DNA of 64,000 bases from assembly GCA_951406725.2 (NCBI GenBank), contig OX597815.1:14880001-14944000 (forward strand). The letters are read 5' to 3'. A program made the position numbers and the translations under genes. The DNA comes from Octopus vulgaris. Taxonomy: Eukaryota. Within the stretch, counting starts at the first letter, position 1. Every line of letters begins with the position of its first letter. The notes beneath the pieces were generated by a model, which had not been told where the DNA came from, searched no databases, and saw only the letters and a list, made by a program, of their open reading frames with translations. Below are positions 1 to 12,936 of the stretch, in pieces.

Positions 1-27
1 TCATCACACATCAAGCTATACCAATTG

Positions 28-248
28 AATGTATGTATGTATGTATGTATGTATGTATGTATGTATGTATGTATGTATGTATGTATGTATGTATGTGTGT
101 ATGTATGTATGTATGTATGTATATATGTGTGTATGTGTGTATGTATGTATGTATGTATGTATGTTTGTATATATGTGTGTATGTATGTATGTATGTATGT
201 ATTTATGTATGTATGTATGTATGTGTGAATGTATGTATGTATGTATGT
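28..248. repeat. (TATG)n microsatellite
   Basis: Direct tetranucleotide run; source of the MYVC ORFs. Confidence 0.97.
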
Positions 249-800
249 CAGGTCACTTTCGAGTGCTACTCGTAACATGTAACCCAGTACAACCTGTTGC
301 ATGGTCGGGTCGTCGGCGACTAAACCGGCAACCCCACCAAGCTTGCTTGGTGAGGAGGGTGTTTATTGGACACCCTGCAGAATGAAAAACAAAACCCGTC
401 AAAGAGCGGAGGAACTCTTGAGAGTCAACGGCCATCCAATAAATGTCTTAAGGCTGTATCATGCGCGGGGAAATAGAAATAATCGGACTGAATACCCGAT
501 CGCGTGATTAAACCATTAGGAGTGAAGGACTCATAGCCTTTGTTAGGGCATCCTTCTAGGAGAAGGTAACTTAGGTAACTGGGATAACTCCGAGATAAAA
601 CCTGCGGCTCAGTGGTTACCGATGATGTTGACTTGTTCTTCTTTTCGGATTATGGCTGCTGTTGTTTAGTGAGTGGGATTGACTCAGTGCACAGCCTTTC
701 CTCACTTTAAAAAGGAAATCTTCTTGCACAGGCATTGCACGATAACAACATTAAGCTTCGTGCAATGGCCATACTCGATAACGAGGGGGCAGCCACCATG
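249..800 (+). mobile_element. Probable non-autonomous RTE-derived retroelement (5'UTR-like part plus RTE-type 3' end)
   Basis: GGGCATCCTTCTAGGAGAAGG resembles RTE 5'UTRs; ends ATGGCCATACTCGATAACGAGGGGGCAGCCACC followed by TATG repeats; flanked by TATG on both sides. Confidence 0.45.
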
Positions 801-841
801 TATTATGTATGTATATGTGTGTGCGTGTGCGCGCGTGTGTG

Positions 842-1293
842 TCATTATTCGGTTTTATTGCAATATTCTCTGCCAATAAAGAGACAGTTTCTAACCTAGG
901 TCCAAAGCTTCTTCACTGGAATTTCTTTCAACTACATCACAGGGTATTTTTGCATGTATGCATTTATATGTACAGTATTTGAAGCCAGTGCACGTGCAAA
1001 TTTGTATGTTTTGTTTTATGTGTGTATTCTCATGCATATACACTCATGTCAAGACATACGCATATATACTTAAATGATAAACTTCTGAAAAGCTTTACAA
1101 AATTTTGACAGTTCCAGTGATGGCTTGGATCTGTAATCCCCCAATCAGCCTTCTTCTTTCTGGTTTGGAGAAGCCTAATTTCTCAAGATTGGTACTTAGG
1201 CAGTGCCCCAATAATTACAAGCATAAACCTGAACTTGTAATCCGGATAGAGCAACTGCAGATTTCTCAATAGTTCAGTGTATGCGTGGTCTTT
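842..1293 (-). mobile_element. R4/Dong-like (RLE) non-LTR retrotransposon, 3' fragment
   Basis: Minus translation EKDHAYTELLRNLQLLYPDYKFRFMLVIIGAL; paralogous to 1870-2431; followed by 3'UTR. Confidence 0.8.
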
Positions 1294-1304
1294 TTCGCTG
1301 TATA

Positions 1305-1716
1305 GGCGCAGGCGTGGCTGTGTGGTAAGAAGCTTACTTCTCAACCACATGGTACCGGGTTCAGTCCTACTGCGTGGCGCCTTGGGCAAGTGTCTTCTAC
1401 TATAACCTCGAGCCGAACAAAGCCTTGTGAGTGAATTTGGTAGGCGGAAATTGAAATAAGCCCATCGCGTATATATGTATATGTATATAGGTGTGTGTGT
1501 TTGTGTCTGTGTTTGTTCCCCCATTACCACTTGACAACCGGTGTTCGTCGGTTACGTCCCTGAAACTTAACGGTTCGGTAAAAGATAGAATAAGTACTAG
1601 GCCTTAAAAGAATAAGTTCTGTGGTCGATTTGTTCGACTAAAAGCCTTCAAGGTGGTGCTCCAGTAGGACTGTAGCCAAGTGACAGAAATGAGTAAAAGA
1701 GTTAAAGATTAAAGGA
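1305..1716 (+). mobile_element. tRNA-derived SINE, family A (diverged)
   Basis: Head GGCGCAGG.GTGGCTGTGTGGTAAG, B-box-like GGTTCAGTCC, internal TA/TG repeat, GAAA.AAGTAAAAGAG tail; more than 12 copies in window. Confidence 0.9.
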
Positions 1717-1729
1717 GTATGTATGCATG

Positions 1730-1763
<34 letters not shown>

Positions 1764-1866
1764 TGTATGTATGTATGTATGTATGTATGTATGCATGTAT
1801 GTATGTATGTATGTATGTATGTATGTATGTATGTATGTATGTGTGTATGCATGAATGTATGTATGT
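1717..1866. repeat. (TATG)n microsatellite abutting the R4-like 3'UTR
   Basis: Direct run. Confidence 0.95.
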
Positions 1867-1869
1867 CTG

Positions 1870-2431
1870 TGTACAGATTTGTATGTTTTGCTTTATCTAT
1901 GTATTCTCAAGCATATAATTTCAGATTTAGACATATACTCAATATATATTTAAATGAAAAACTTTTGGAAAGTTTTACAGATTTTTACAGTTCCGGTTGT
2001 GGACTGGATCTGTAGTCTTCGAATTAGCTTTCTCCTTTCTGGTTTTGATAAGACTAATTTCTCAAGACTGGTATTTAGGCAGTGTGTTACATATCCCAGT
2101 GCCCCAATAATAACAGGTATAAATCTGGACTTGTAATCTGGATAGAGTAACTGCAGATTTCTCATTAGTTCAGGGTAAGTATTCTCTTTTTCACTGATCT
2201 TCAGCTTTATGTTAACATCCGCTGGGCAGCCGATTTCCACAACTGTACACAGTTTATCTTCTCTATCTCAAATCATTATATCAGGTCTGTTGCACTTACA
2301 TTTTATTGAGGTCTTCACTGGGACATTTCAGTAGTACTCCTTTTTATTGTGAGTGGCTATGGCTTCTACTATACTGTGGGTTCTTATTTCTTTGTCTTCG
2401 GGGTTATCCTTCCGACAGATTTCATTATAGT
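1870..2431 (-). mobile_element. R4/Dong-like retrotransposon, restriction-like endonuclease domain (pseudogenised)
   Basis: NRPDIMI*DREDKLCTVVEIGCPADVNIKLKISEKENTYPEL...FIPVIIGALG...GTVKICKTF is a PD-(D/E)xK RLE C-terminus; in-frame stops. Confidence 0.85.
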
Positions 2432-2487
2432 GTCCTATTATCAATATTGCTGCTGTTCCTCTTGCAATTACCATGTATGTATGTGTA

Positions 2488-2523
2488 TAGATAGATAGAC
2501 AGACAAACAGATCGATAGATAGG

Positions 2524-2579
<56 letters not shown>

Positions 2580-2600
2580 GATGTATATATATATATATAT
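2488..2600. repeat. (GATA)n/(TA)n microsatellite
   Basis: Direct run. Confidence 0.95.
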
Positions 2601-3139
2601 GTATACATCTATGTAGGTATGATATACATACAAACATATATATATACCTCCTCTACTCCCACTATTCTATCCTATTACTCTGTCACTCTCTCTCCCTCAC
2701 TCTTCTCGCTTGCTCACGTGGATCACATGTGACCATCGGCCATCTTTCTTTCTCCCCGTTGTAGCTGGAACAAGGAAGACGTGTTCTTGTTTGTTTCCTT
2801 CCTAGCTTGATTTACGCGTTCACCACCACAACCTCGTTTAGGGTTAGCAGCCCTTCCTGTTTGTTTTCACTGTCCTGTTTGTGTCATCTATTTTGACCCT
2901 CCGCAAAATACCAAATTCTTTTTTAATTTGCTTTGCGGTAGCAACTGTTTTATTGAAAGCGTATATTGTTAAATGCTCGAAATACGAGACTAGAAAAACA
3001 GCCAACAACTGATGAAGGGTCGTTCTTTATGTTGTTTGTTTTGATTACTAATGATTAAACTTCTGGTGTTTTTTACATATTGCCACAGTCACGTTGTTAT
3101 TGGCTTTTAACTGTAATCTCTTCATGAGCTGTTTCCTTT

Positions 3140-3480
3140 CTATATCGTTACATTTGAGGATGATCTCTTTTTGCCAAATGAACATACGCACTATATATTC
3201 GTTCTTGGCGTCAGATTTATTTCATTATTGTCCTTATTTTGTCCTTTGTTTGGAAATTTTTTCGTCACAACCTGAAAGACGGGATGAACTAAACAGGACA
3301 CGAGGAGACACATGGGATGGAGAGTCGCTGAGGAGGTCACAGGAAGTGTGACGACAGATTTCCAGACAATGGTCATAAAAAAATAAGAACAATAATAAAC
3401 AAGTGAAGAACGAATATATAGTGTATGTGTTTTATTGGCAAAAACAAAAAAAAATGACGATCCCGAAATATAGCAATATC
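3140..3480. mobile_element. Old fold-back PLE-type terminus with decayed hammerhead motif
   Basis: 3140-3275 is a diverged reverse complement of 3340-3480; CTGAGGA-G-GTCACA/TGTGAC-GACA at 3328-3356; same family as 33240-33420. Confidence 0.6.
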
Positions 3481-3559
3481 TGTTTCAACACACGACTTCG
3501 CATCAGGAATCTTGCTAGACAAATGCGTTTCGTTTCTAGTTTTATGAAATCCACCTCCT

Positions 3560-4070
3560 CAAGATTGGCCCAAAGGCAGTTAGTTTACATTTCCAAATGT
3601 CCAAATAATTTCAGATAAAGATCTATACCTTTATAATCCGATCGGAGTATCTGAAGATTTTTCAATAGTTCGGCTCTTCTTTCTTTATGTCTGGTCTGTT
3701 TTCTCAGCATTTACTGTGGATTTTGACAGAATCATTTTAATTACATTCATATCAGTGATTATACCCTTCACATCACAGTAATTTTTTTGTTTCTTTAATG
3801 CTATTCCTTCTACATATTTTATAGTACAATATCTTGACCACGATATTGTATGCCATTAGCAGAAAGTATTGTGATGACATTTTTGGACAGCTGCTTATGG
3901 TGTGGGATGACATCCGTATTTATTCCACAGAAGCTGCATAGTTTATCTTATAGGTTTTTTGCTTTTGGTGCATCAGGTATTTCGTTTTTATCTCCTGTTC
4001 CTGGAATTGAAGAGTGTGCCCTTCCAAGTGAGAAAACTAAATATACTTGTCATTTATACAAGGTAGGCTA
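3560..4070 (-). mobile_element. Decayed R4/Dong-like fragment (CCHC knuckle to RLE)
   Basis: Minus strand DKLCSFCG...(frameshift) HISSCPKMSSQYFL; 3635-3672 matches the ELLRNLQLLYPDY-coding segment of the upstream copies. Confidence 0.65.
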
Positions 4071-4224
4071 GTTTGGTTATCCAATATTGTGACTTTGAAG
4101 TTTTCTGTACATTATCGTGGCAAAATCAACTGATCAATGGCTACATAAAACCATACAGAGAAATCAGCTTTGATTACAACAAAACCTTTGGTGCCAAATG
4201 GAAGAACAGTCGGTATTAAAATTC

Positions 4225-4572
4225 TTTCTCCTTTTTTTTTCTTTTTCTTTTTCTTTTTCTTTCTCATTTTCTTTCACTTCGTTTTGATTTTCTCTCTTTT
4301 TCTTTCTTTTTTATTTATATTTTTTCCTTTCATTGTTTGAATATTTTTTTCCTTTTCGTTTGTTACTTAATTCCTTTTCTTCTTTTTCCTTCCTATCTTT
4401 TTCTATTCATTTCGTTCTATTTTCGTTCTTCATTGTTTTTTCTACATTCATAATTCTTTTTCTCTTTCTTCATTTCCTTCTTGTTTTCTCCCCTTTTTCA
4501 ATTTTCTTTCTTCTATTATTTTTCCTTCATCTTTCTATTCACTTCTTATTCATTCATTTATTTATTTGTTTC
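4225..4572. repeat. Polypyrimidine low-complexity tract
   Basis: T/C-rich degenerate run. Confidence 0.85.
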
Positions 4573-5510
4573 CCCTGTTGCCATTACAGTTATCCGAATC
4601 TGGTAAAAGTATCTGGAAATTGGTGCAAGACCCTTATATTCTATTAGTCTCTGGTAAGTACAAGCACAAAATGTCTCTGACAGGTCAGCGGTGATACACA
4701 CGTACAATCTTTTTATGTGGGGGTCGGGGTATCCAGCCCAGGGAGTTTACCTCTTTTATACTCAAAATGGCCAGATTTCACATCTCACATCAACACTACA
4801 ATGTTATTCCAAAAATAAACAATTATATCATAAAACTCTAGAAGCCGCGTGATAATGCATGATTAATTCAAAACAATAGGAATAAATAAGCATTACGTTT
4901 CACAGAATAATCTGAATGCTAAAGAGTTAAAGTATACGCTTGTGATCAAGAGATGTAAGTAGATACACTTGGTCAAATGTAAACAATTAGCTATCTTTTC
5001 TTTTCTTTTTTTTTTTTTTTTTGTTTTTCGGCCTTGTAACAGAAAAGGTGGGATTAGCTTCAAATGGTTTCGTTCACGAAGAAATCTCAACTCTGATAAA
5101 ACTTGGTTAGGTCAATCTCTTTTATTTCTTTCTCTCTCTCTTTTGTCAACAGAGAGATAGTCCGCTAAAACTTTCAGTTTTTAAAGGTATAACTTAATGT
5201 ACGGTTTAAAGTATTGAATACATATAGCTAGCAATTATAGCTAGCATATAATTGTTTCAATGGAGAGCTTTAATGAATTACAAAGCAATAATACTGAATG
5301 AAGGGCTCGGCACATTCTCCATTCATCTCACATGTTACAAATACTGGTTTTACTTCACTAATAAAGGGCAATGAACTGGCAGAACTGGTGAAGCCATTGC
5401 AGTATTAAGTTACAACGTTTTACATCCTGAGTTCAAATCCTGTCGAGGTCAACTTCACCTTTCATTCTTTCATTCTTTCGCTAGCAACAAAATAAAATAC
5501 CACTCAAGTA

Positions 5511-6032
5511 CCGTAAATCCTCGAGTATAATCCGCACTTTTTTCCCAAAATTTAAAGGTCAAAATCCCTAGTGCGTACTATACACGAGGTTAAAAATAAA
5601 AAATATTTTCTAAGCAATGTCTAAGTCTCTATTTGCTGTCTGGCAATGTTTATTCAGACGCATTTTGTGATGTCAGGCGCGAAAATACCTTAAGTTAAGC
5701 CTGAAAGCAATGAAATCATAAAAGAATCATCCATAACTTGCAGTAAGCAACATTTATCAAAATAAAATTATTCAGAATACAGAATAACATATAACAAAAA
5801 CAATTTGCAAACATATTTACATTCCCATATAACAGTTAAGAACATCACTATTATTGTATTACGCATGCGCGGAAGTCTTTGTTCGACTAGGTGCTACTGG
5901 CTTAATTATGCACGACTCAAGTTAGAGAAGTGGTTCGTATTATACACAAGGTTTAGCTTTTTCAGAGGTACAGCCCCCTAAAAATCCCCTGCATATTATA
6001 CTCAAGGGCGAACAATACTCGAGGATTTGCGG
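5511..6032. mobile_element. Tc1/mariner-superfamily (pogo-like) MITE
   Basis: TA|CCGTAAATCCTCGAGTAT...ATACTCGAGGATTTGCGG|TA; second copy at 32057-32571 in the opposite orientation. Confidence 0.88.
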
Positions 6033-6228
6033 TATATATATATTGATATAGTCGACAGTATATTTGCTTTTGAAATCAATAATGAGATGATTTATTCTAC
6101 TCTGATGTTATTCTTTGCATTCCAGGAGCCATAATGCTGACAACTATTGCGTTGTCAAGTCTTGAACCAACGGTACCAATTTGGATAATGCAAACTATGA
6201 ATGCGGAAAAGTGGCAAATAGGTGAGTC

Positions 6229-6262
<34 letters not shown>

Positions 6263-6492
6263 TAATACGCAAACACACACTCACACAAGCACTTGTATAT
6301 ATATTTCATGTGTGTGTGTTATATGCAAATATACTTTTACAGAGTTCAGTCTTTGGACTGCAGCCATGCCGGTGCACCAAGATATTTTTAGTTTTATTGA
6401 TCCAGAAGTTAGTCCGATTTTATGATGGTGATAAATTACGGCGGAAAAGCCGAAAATAGGCTTCATTTGTTGTAAAATTACCATTGCTAAAG

Positions 6493-6900
<408 letters not shown>

Positions 6901-7265
6901 AAGCAATCTGGCAGAATCGTTAGCATGCCGGGCAAAATGCTTAGCAGCATTTCATTCGTCCTTACAATCCAAGTTCAAATTCAAGTTCATTCTTTTGGGG
7001 TCTATGAAATAAGTACCAGTCGCGTACCAAAAGTTGCAGGCCTTGTGCCTATAGTAGAAAGAATTACTTTCATTAGTTATTAACATTCTTTTAACTCGGG
7101 TTCTGTTAGAACTCCAGGAGTTTTGCATGCGTAATGGCCTTACTGCCCGCGGCCTACAGTACCATGCTATCTGTTCTTTTCAAATATCGAATAGCCTACT
7201 AATAATCCTGGTCGTGCCAAGGAGGCAAACCTTTTGCTACCGAGCACTCTGTTCCCAATCAGCGT

Positions 7266-7628
7266 GGAGGCGCAATGGCCCAGTGGTTAGGGCAGCGGAC
7301 TCGCGGTCGTAGGATCGCGGTTTCGATTCCCAGACCGGGCGTTGTGAGTGTTTATTGAGCGAAAACACCTAAAAGCTCCACGAGGCTCCGGCAGGGGTGG
7401 TGGTGATCCCTGCTGTACTCTTTCACCACAACTTTCTCTCACTCTTACTTCCTGTTTCTGTTGTACCTGTGTCACTCTCTGTATCACGCTGAATATCCCC
7501 GAGAACTATGTTAAGGGTACACATGTCTGTGGAGTGCTCAGCCACTTACACGTTAATTTCACGAGCAGGCTGTTCCATTGATCGGATCAACCGGAACCCT
7601 CATCGTCGTAACCGACGGAGTGCTTCCA
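7266..7628 (+). mobile_element. tRNA-derived SINE, family B
   Basis: Head GGAGGCGCAATGGCCCAGTGGTTAGGGCAGCGGACTCGCGGTC...GGTTTCGATTCCC (A and B boxes); other copies at 29367, 35770, 56571. Confidence 0.9.
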
Positions 7629-7904
7629 TAGGAGGTCGACCTAACTGTTCATCCTTTCTGGGTCGACAAATAAGTACCAGTTGGATGCTGGGATCGATGT
7701 AATTACCCCTACCCCGAAATTGCTGGCCTTATAAAATAACTATAAAATAACTTTTTTCGGTTTATTGGACTTCGATATGGGAAAAATTTACAACTTTCTA
7801 CGTCAATGAACCGTTATTGTTCCTGAAAGTTGTTTTTCATATTTTCTGCTGACTACTCGAAGCTGACTAACTTCCTACACTTTGATCCTTGGATCTTACC
7901 TTTA

Positions 7905-7983
7905 CATATACACACACATATATATATACACGCACACGTATACACACAGACACGCACACACACACGCACACACAAGCACACGC

Positions 7984-8014
<31 letters not shown>

Positions 8015-8046
8015 CGCGCACACACGCACACACACACACACACACT
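7905..8046. repeat. (CA)n/(CG) compound microsatellite
   Basis: Direct run. Confidence 0.9.
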
Positions 8047-8059
8047 CGCAAATCCCGAG

Positions 8060-8740
8060 TTGACATCTATTCTTCTCTCCATTCTCGCGAACTCATTTCA
8101 CCCTTTTTGGATAGACTTGTGACTGGTAACGCAAAACAGATCTTCTATCGAAATGTTAAACGTCGTAAATAGTGGCTTGGTAAAAGGGAAAAAGCTCAAC
8201 CACAACCGAGAATGGAACTTCATGGGGAAAAGGTTCTTCTCTCTGTCTGGTGGGATTGCAAAGGAGTAATTTACTTTGAATTGTTACCACCTAATGCAAC
8301 AATCAATGCTCAAGTCTACTGTCAGCAATTAGAGCATTTGAACGAAAAGGAGTGATGTTTCTTCAGGACAATGCGCGACCCCACACTGCAAAGATCACAT
8401 CACAGAAGATCGATGAGCTTGGATGGGAAAAATTCCTCATCCACCTTATTCTCCCGACCTTGCTCCTTCAGACTACCATTTGTTTCGTAGTTTACAGAAT
8501 CATTTGGGGGACATAACTTTTTGCAAGCCAGGAGGAGGTCGAAACTGACATTTCAGAGTTGTTCGCTTTGAAACTCAAAGAGTTTTACATTGATGGGATT
8601 AAAAAGCTTGTAAATAGATGGAAGGAAGTCATAGATAATCAGGGAAAGTACATTGATGATTAAATTTCAATTAAATATAACATTTGATCACTTGTTTTCT
8701 TTATTAAAAATTCGGACAGAACTTATGGGATGACCTGATA
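8060..8740 (+). mobile_element. mariner (DD34D) transposase relic, 3' half with right TIR
   Basis: FLDRLVTG..., KVLLSVWWDCKGVIYFELL, QDNARPH, HPPYSPDLAPSDYHLFRSL; frameshifts; ends GGGATGACCTGA|TA. Confidence 0.93.
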
Positions 8741-9081
8741 ACTGAAGAAATTGGGGTCAAGAAAGAGTAAGTTTGGACAGTTATTTTTTAATCACTACAA
8801 TTGTTTCCACCCCACGTGTTTCTCCAAAAATACAGGTATTTGATTATGCAACCGTTTGTTTGTATAACGAGATTCAGTTGTGTTTCCTCAGGTGGTATTC
8901 AAGTGTTGTCTCTGTTAGTTTAAAATCTTCGGCTTCATACATATAATATTTTTATTTCTAATTTCAGGCTTAGCATTTGTACCTGATAGTGTTGGCTATT
9001 TAATCGGGACCAATGGATTCGGTGTGATAGCCAGAAGTCTGGGAAGGTAAATCAGATAATGCGTCACTTTTATTACCCTCC

Positions 9082-9238
<157 letters not shown>

Positions 9239-9804
9239 CATTTTCTGTCGTTTGGTGTGTTTCACTTCGTTATATTCCTTGTTATTAGACTAACTTAACT
9301 GTTATCGCGATAAAATGTCTCGACTTACTTTTAGCCTTATAGTATATAGGTCGAAGCATTTCAACACGATAATGAGTAGGATAGTCGAAGAAGAAGAAAC
9401 AAACAGATAAACAATTACTTAATTTGGATTGTTGACTGAAAACAAAATATCACATATATATGTGTACACACACTCGCTCAAACACCGATGAATGTGTCCG
9501 AGTTTCTGTAGGTGTGTATCAGTAACTGTTGTGTATCAGTAACTGAGTATCTATGCGTTGGTGTTTATTCATATTAAACAATAGTAAAGTATGTGATGGA
9601 CTATTTCATCCTATTTTCAATTTACAAGTATCACTTAAGAATGTGTTGGTTTTTAATTTTCTTTTCATATTGATTTGACTGTTAATCTACAATAGGGAAG
9701 TAGGCTGCGCGCCAAATAAACTAGCGTTGGTAGCACCCACGTTATTTTTATTTTGTTATATCTTGTAAAATGAAGTTGCAAGTGTTTAATAATTTTAAAT
9801 GACA

Positions 9805-9963
9805 GGCGTAGGAGTGGCTGTGTGTGTGGTAAGTAGCTTGCTTACCAGCCACATGACTCTGGGTTCAGTCCCACTGCGTGGCACCTTGGACAAGTATAGC
9901 CACGGGCCGACCAAAGCCTTGTGAGTGGATTTGGTAGATGGAAAGAAGCCCGTCGTATATATG

Positions 9964-10023
<60 letters not shown>

Positions 10024-10233
10024 TGTGTGCCTGTGTTTGTCCCCCCCAACATCGCTTGACAACCGATGCTGGTGTGTTTACGTCCCCGTAACTTAGCGGT
10101 TCGGCAAAAGAGACCGATAGAATAAGTACTAGGCTTACAAAGAATAAGTCCTGGGGTCGATTTGCTCGACTAAAGACGGTGCTCCAGTATGGCCGCAGTC
10201 AAATGACTGAAACAAGTAAAAGAGTAAGAGAGT
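9805..10233 (+). mobile_element. SINE family A
   Basis: Same head, body and tail as other copies. Confidence 0.92.
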
Positions 10234-11323
10234 AAACTAGAAACGGACATGGGAGTCGCTTTCTTGAGAAATGACAATTAAAATAGGGGAATTTCAACCG
10301 TATTTCGTGGTCTGCTACCACAACAGCTCCTTTATCGGATCCAGTTAGCTCAAGACATCATCAGGAGGAACCACGTCCAGTTTCGGCCCCTACTCTTCTA
10401 CTGTTTTGACGTGGCGGGGCCCACCTTTCGGAGGTATCTTCAGCTCTGGTGTTGGGTGCATGTCTTCTTTCTTCTTCTTTCTTCTGTTCCCTGGCCTCTT
10501 CGATGTAGCAGCAACGAGTGTCAGCGGGCGACTGACTGACTTGTCGAATTTTCCCTTTAAATACCTACTGCTAGGCTCCAGCAGGCAGCCCCAGCAAGTT
10601 GTCACGTGAGGCTGTCTCAACTTTGACTATTTGAAAACTGAAAGGTTTCGATAGAGACGACGAAGCAACTTGAAATAAACGAAGCAGCTGAACGAACAAT
10701 TAAAAAAAATTACAGAAATCAGAACCAGTGTAATTTCAGTGGATCTTCAGTAAGTTCAGCACGTACACTATACATACATAGGAACATTGCGGAAACGATG
10801 GGAAATGCGCAATTATTTTAGACATTAAGCTGGAGCACAAATAGGAATACCAATGGACAGCTTTGCAGCATGTCAAAATACAGTAAAAACATTTAATCAA
10901 TACACATGGCTGCATTAAACATATATGAAAGAAGGCGTAGTTACGAAATACAGATGACTGTTTTGTTTGTGTTTTCAACTGAAAACGGTGGGTCAATAAG
11001 ATAAACATTGCGAACAAAGGCCTTCCGAACTTTGTAGGGTGGGACGGTGGAGACGACCCTCAAATGTTTTAGTCAACCTCGGCAGGTGTTTCAGTCTGGT
11101 ACTTTTGTATCGATCTATGTCAAACCACTTGTTTCTGCTCATAATGTTAGACAATGAAACAACAGCAGTCCTTATACTGATGTATAAGACACAGGCACAT
11201 ATACATACGCATGTATATGCTCATACACACACACGTGTGTGTAATCTTGGACTGCTAACGTTCCCTATGTATATACACTTAACATCAGTTTGTATATGTC
11301 TATGTGTACAAATATATATTTAT

Positions 11324-11716
11324 GGAGTGGCTGTGTGGTAAGTAGCTTGCTTACCAACCACATAGTTCCGGGTTCAGTCCCACTGCGTGGCACCTTGGGC
11401 AAGTGTCTTATACTATAGCCTCGGGCCGACCAAAGCATTGTGAGTGGATTTGGTAGACGGAAACTGAAAGAAGCCCGTCGTATATATGTATATATTTATA
11501 TAGGTGTCTGTGTTTGTCTCTCCAACATCGCTTGACAACCGATGCTAGTGTGTTTACGTCCCCGTAACTTAGCGGTTCGGCAAAAAAAAAACGATAGAAT
11601 AAGTACTAGGCTTACAAAGAATAAGTCCTGCGGCCCGATTTGCTCGACTAAAGGCGGTGCTCCAGCATGGCCACAGTCACATGACTGAAACAATTAAAAG
11701 AGTAAAAGAGTAGAGT
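11324..11716 (+). mobile_element. SINE family A
   Basis: Family match; followed by (CATA)n. Confidence 0.92.
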
Positions 11717-11728
11717 ACATACATACAT

Positions 11729-11761
<33 letters not shown>

Positions 11762-12032
11762 TACATACATACATACATAAATACATACACACACACATAC
11801 ATACATACATACATACATACATACATACATACATACATACATACATACATACATACACACACACACATACATACATACATACACACACATACATACATAC
11901 ATACATACACACACATACATACATACATACACACACATACATACACACATACATACATACATACGTACATACACACATACATACATACATACATACATAC
12001 ATACATACATACATACATACATACATACATAC
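11717..12032. repeat. (CATA)n/(CA)n microsatellite
   Basis: Direct run. Confidence 0.97.
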
Positions 12033-12398
12033 GTATTCCCGAACCTAATCCTATCCTTTTTACCATATTTTCCAGGTGGATATGTACTCTCTGCTGTATG
12101 TTAATTATTGGACTGTGCTGTTTCTTTGTAAGTATCTTCTCTCTGATCATTATAATCCAATTCACGCAACTATTAATGTGATCATCTCTTAAAAAAAAAA
12201 AAAAAGACATCGTGACTACTAAAGCGATAAAATAAATCCCAGTGCAGTAGCGGAGTCAACAGTGTCGGCTGTTCTCTCTTCGAAAGAAAACTAATTGAAC
12301 TGATCATCCGTTGTTAAATATCACTGATCACTCAAATGTCAAGCAAATCTTAATTATCCACACAAAAGCCTGAATAAATAAATGACAACTGTTATTAA

Positions 12399-12671
12399 CA
12401 ATTGCAGCGTGGAAGGTGTTTATAAACCATTTAAGAAACACACAAAAAACCCCGTTAGATTCACTTCAACATTTAAATTTAATGTCATTGAACGGGTCGC
12501 GGTCTCAAAGCGACGAAAATATTTTGACAAATTAAATTTAAATGTTGAAGTGAATCTAACGGTTTTTGTGTGTTTCTTAAATGGCTTATAAACACCTTCC
12601 ACGCTGCAATTGTTTTCGTTCCAGCACACGATCTAAGATCAAGTCACTCGCTATGCAAGTAGACCACCGTA
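12399..12671 (+). mobile_element. Fold-back PLE-type insertion with hammerhead-shaped centre
   Basis: Arms 12397-12487 and 12525-12614; tail 12615-12671; TSD AACTGTTATTAA at 12387-12398 and 12672-12683. Confidence 0.82.
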
Positions 12672-12936
12672 AACTGTTATTAAGCTCTTGGTAAACTCTG
12701 ACCTCGTAGGCCTATGATCAAAAGCAGTCCAGTCATGACCATCCCCATCTCCATCTTGCAAAAGAATGATTGCATTGCCAGAACGTATCCTTTTATATAT
12801 TTAAAACGGTAGGGCGTGATTCGAGGGAAATTTAACTGCTGTTTGTAACAGGTCGAGTAATTCCCCCAACACCCCTCCCTTGTCGTGAATAGTCTGTCAA
12901 AGACAATGTATTTCAGATAGTAGGTGTATCGTTCTT

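Noticed and set aside
25-385. Long MYVC, THTH, YIYI, LSIY and poly-N/I ORFs here and throughout
   Set aside because: Translations of stop-free microsatellites
2975-3025. Permuted (type II) hammerhead GAAA...CTGATGA; similar at 24775-24812
   Set aside because: Could not build stems I and III by eye; possibly PLE debris but unsupported
7266-7340. tRNA gene
   Set aside because: The tRNA-like head continues into a repeated SINE body, and no complete acceptor stem is evident
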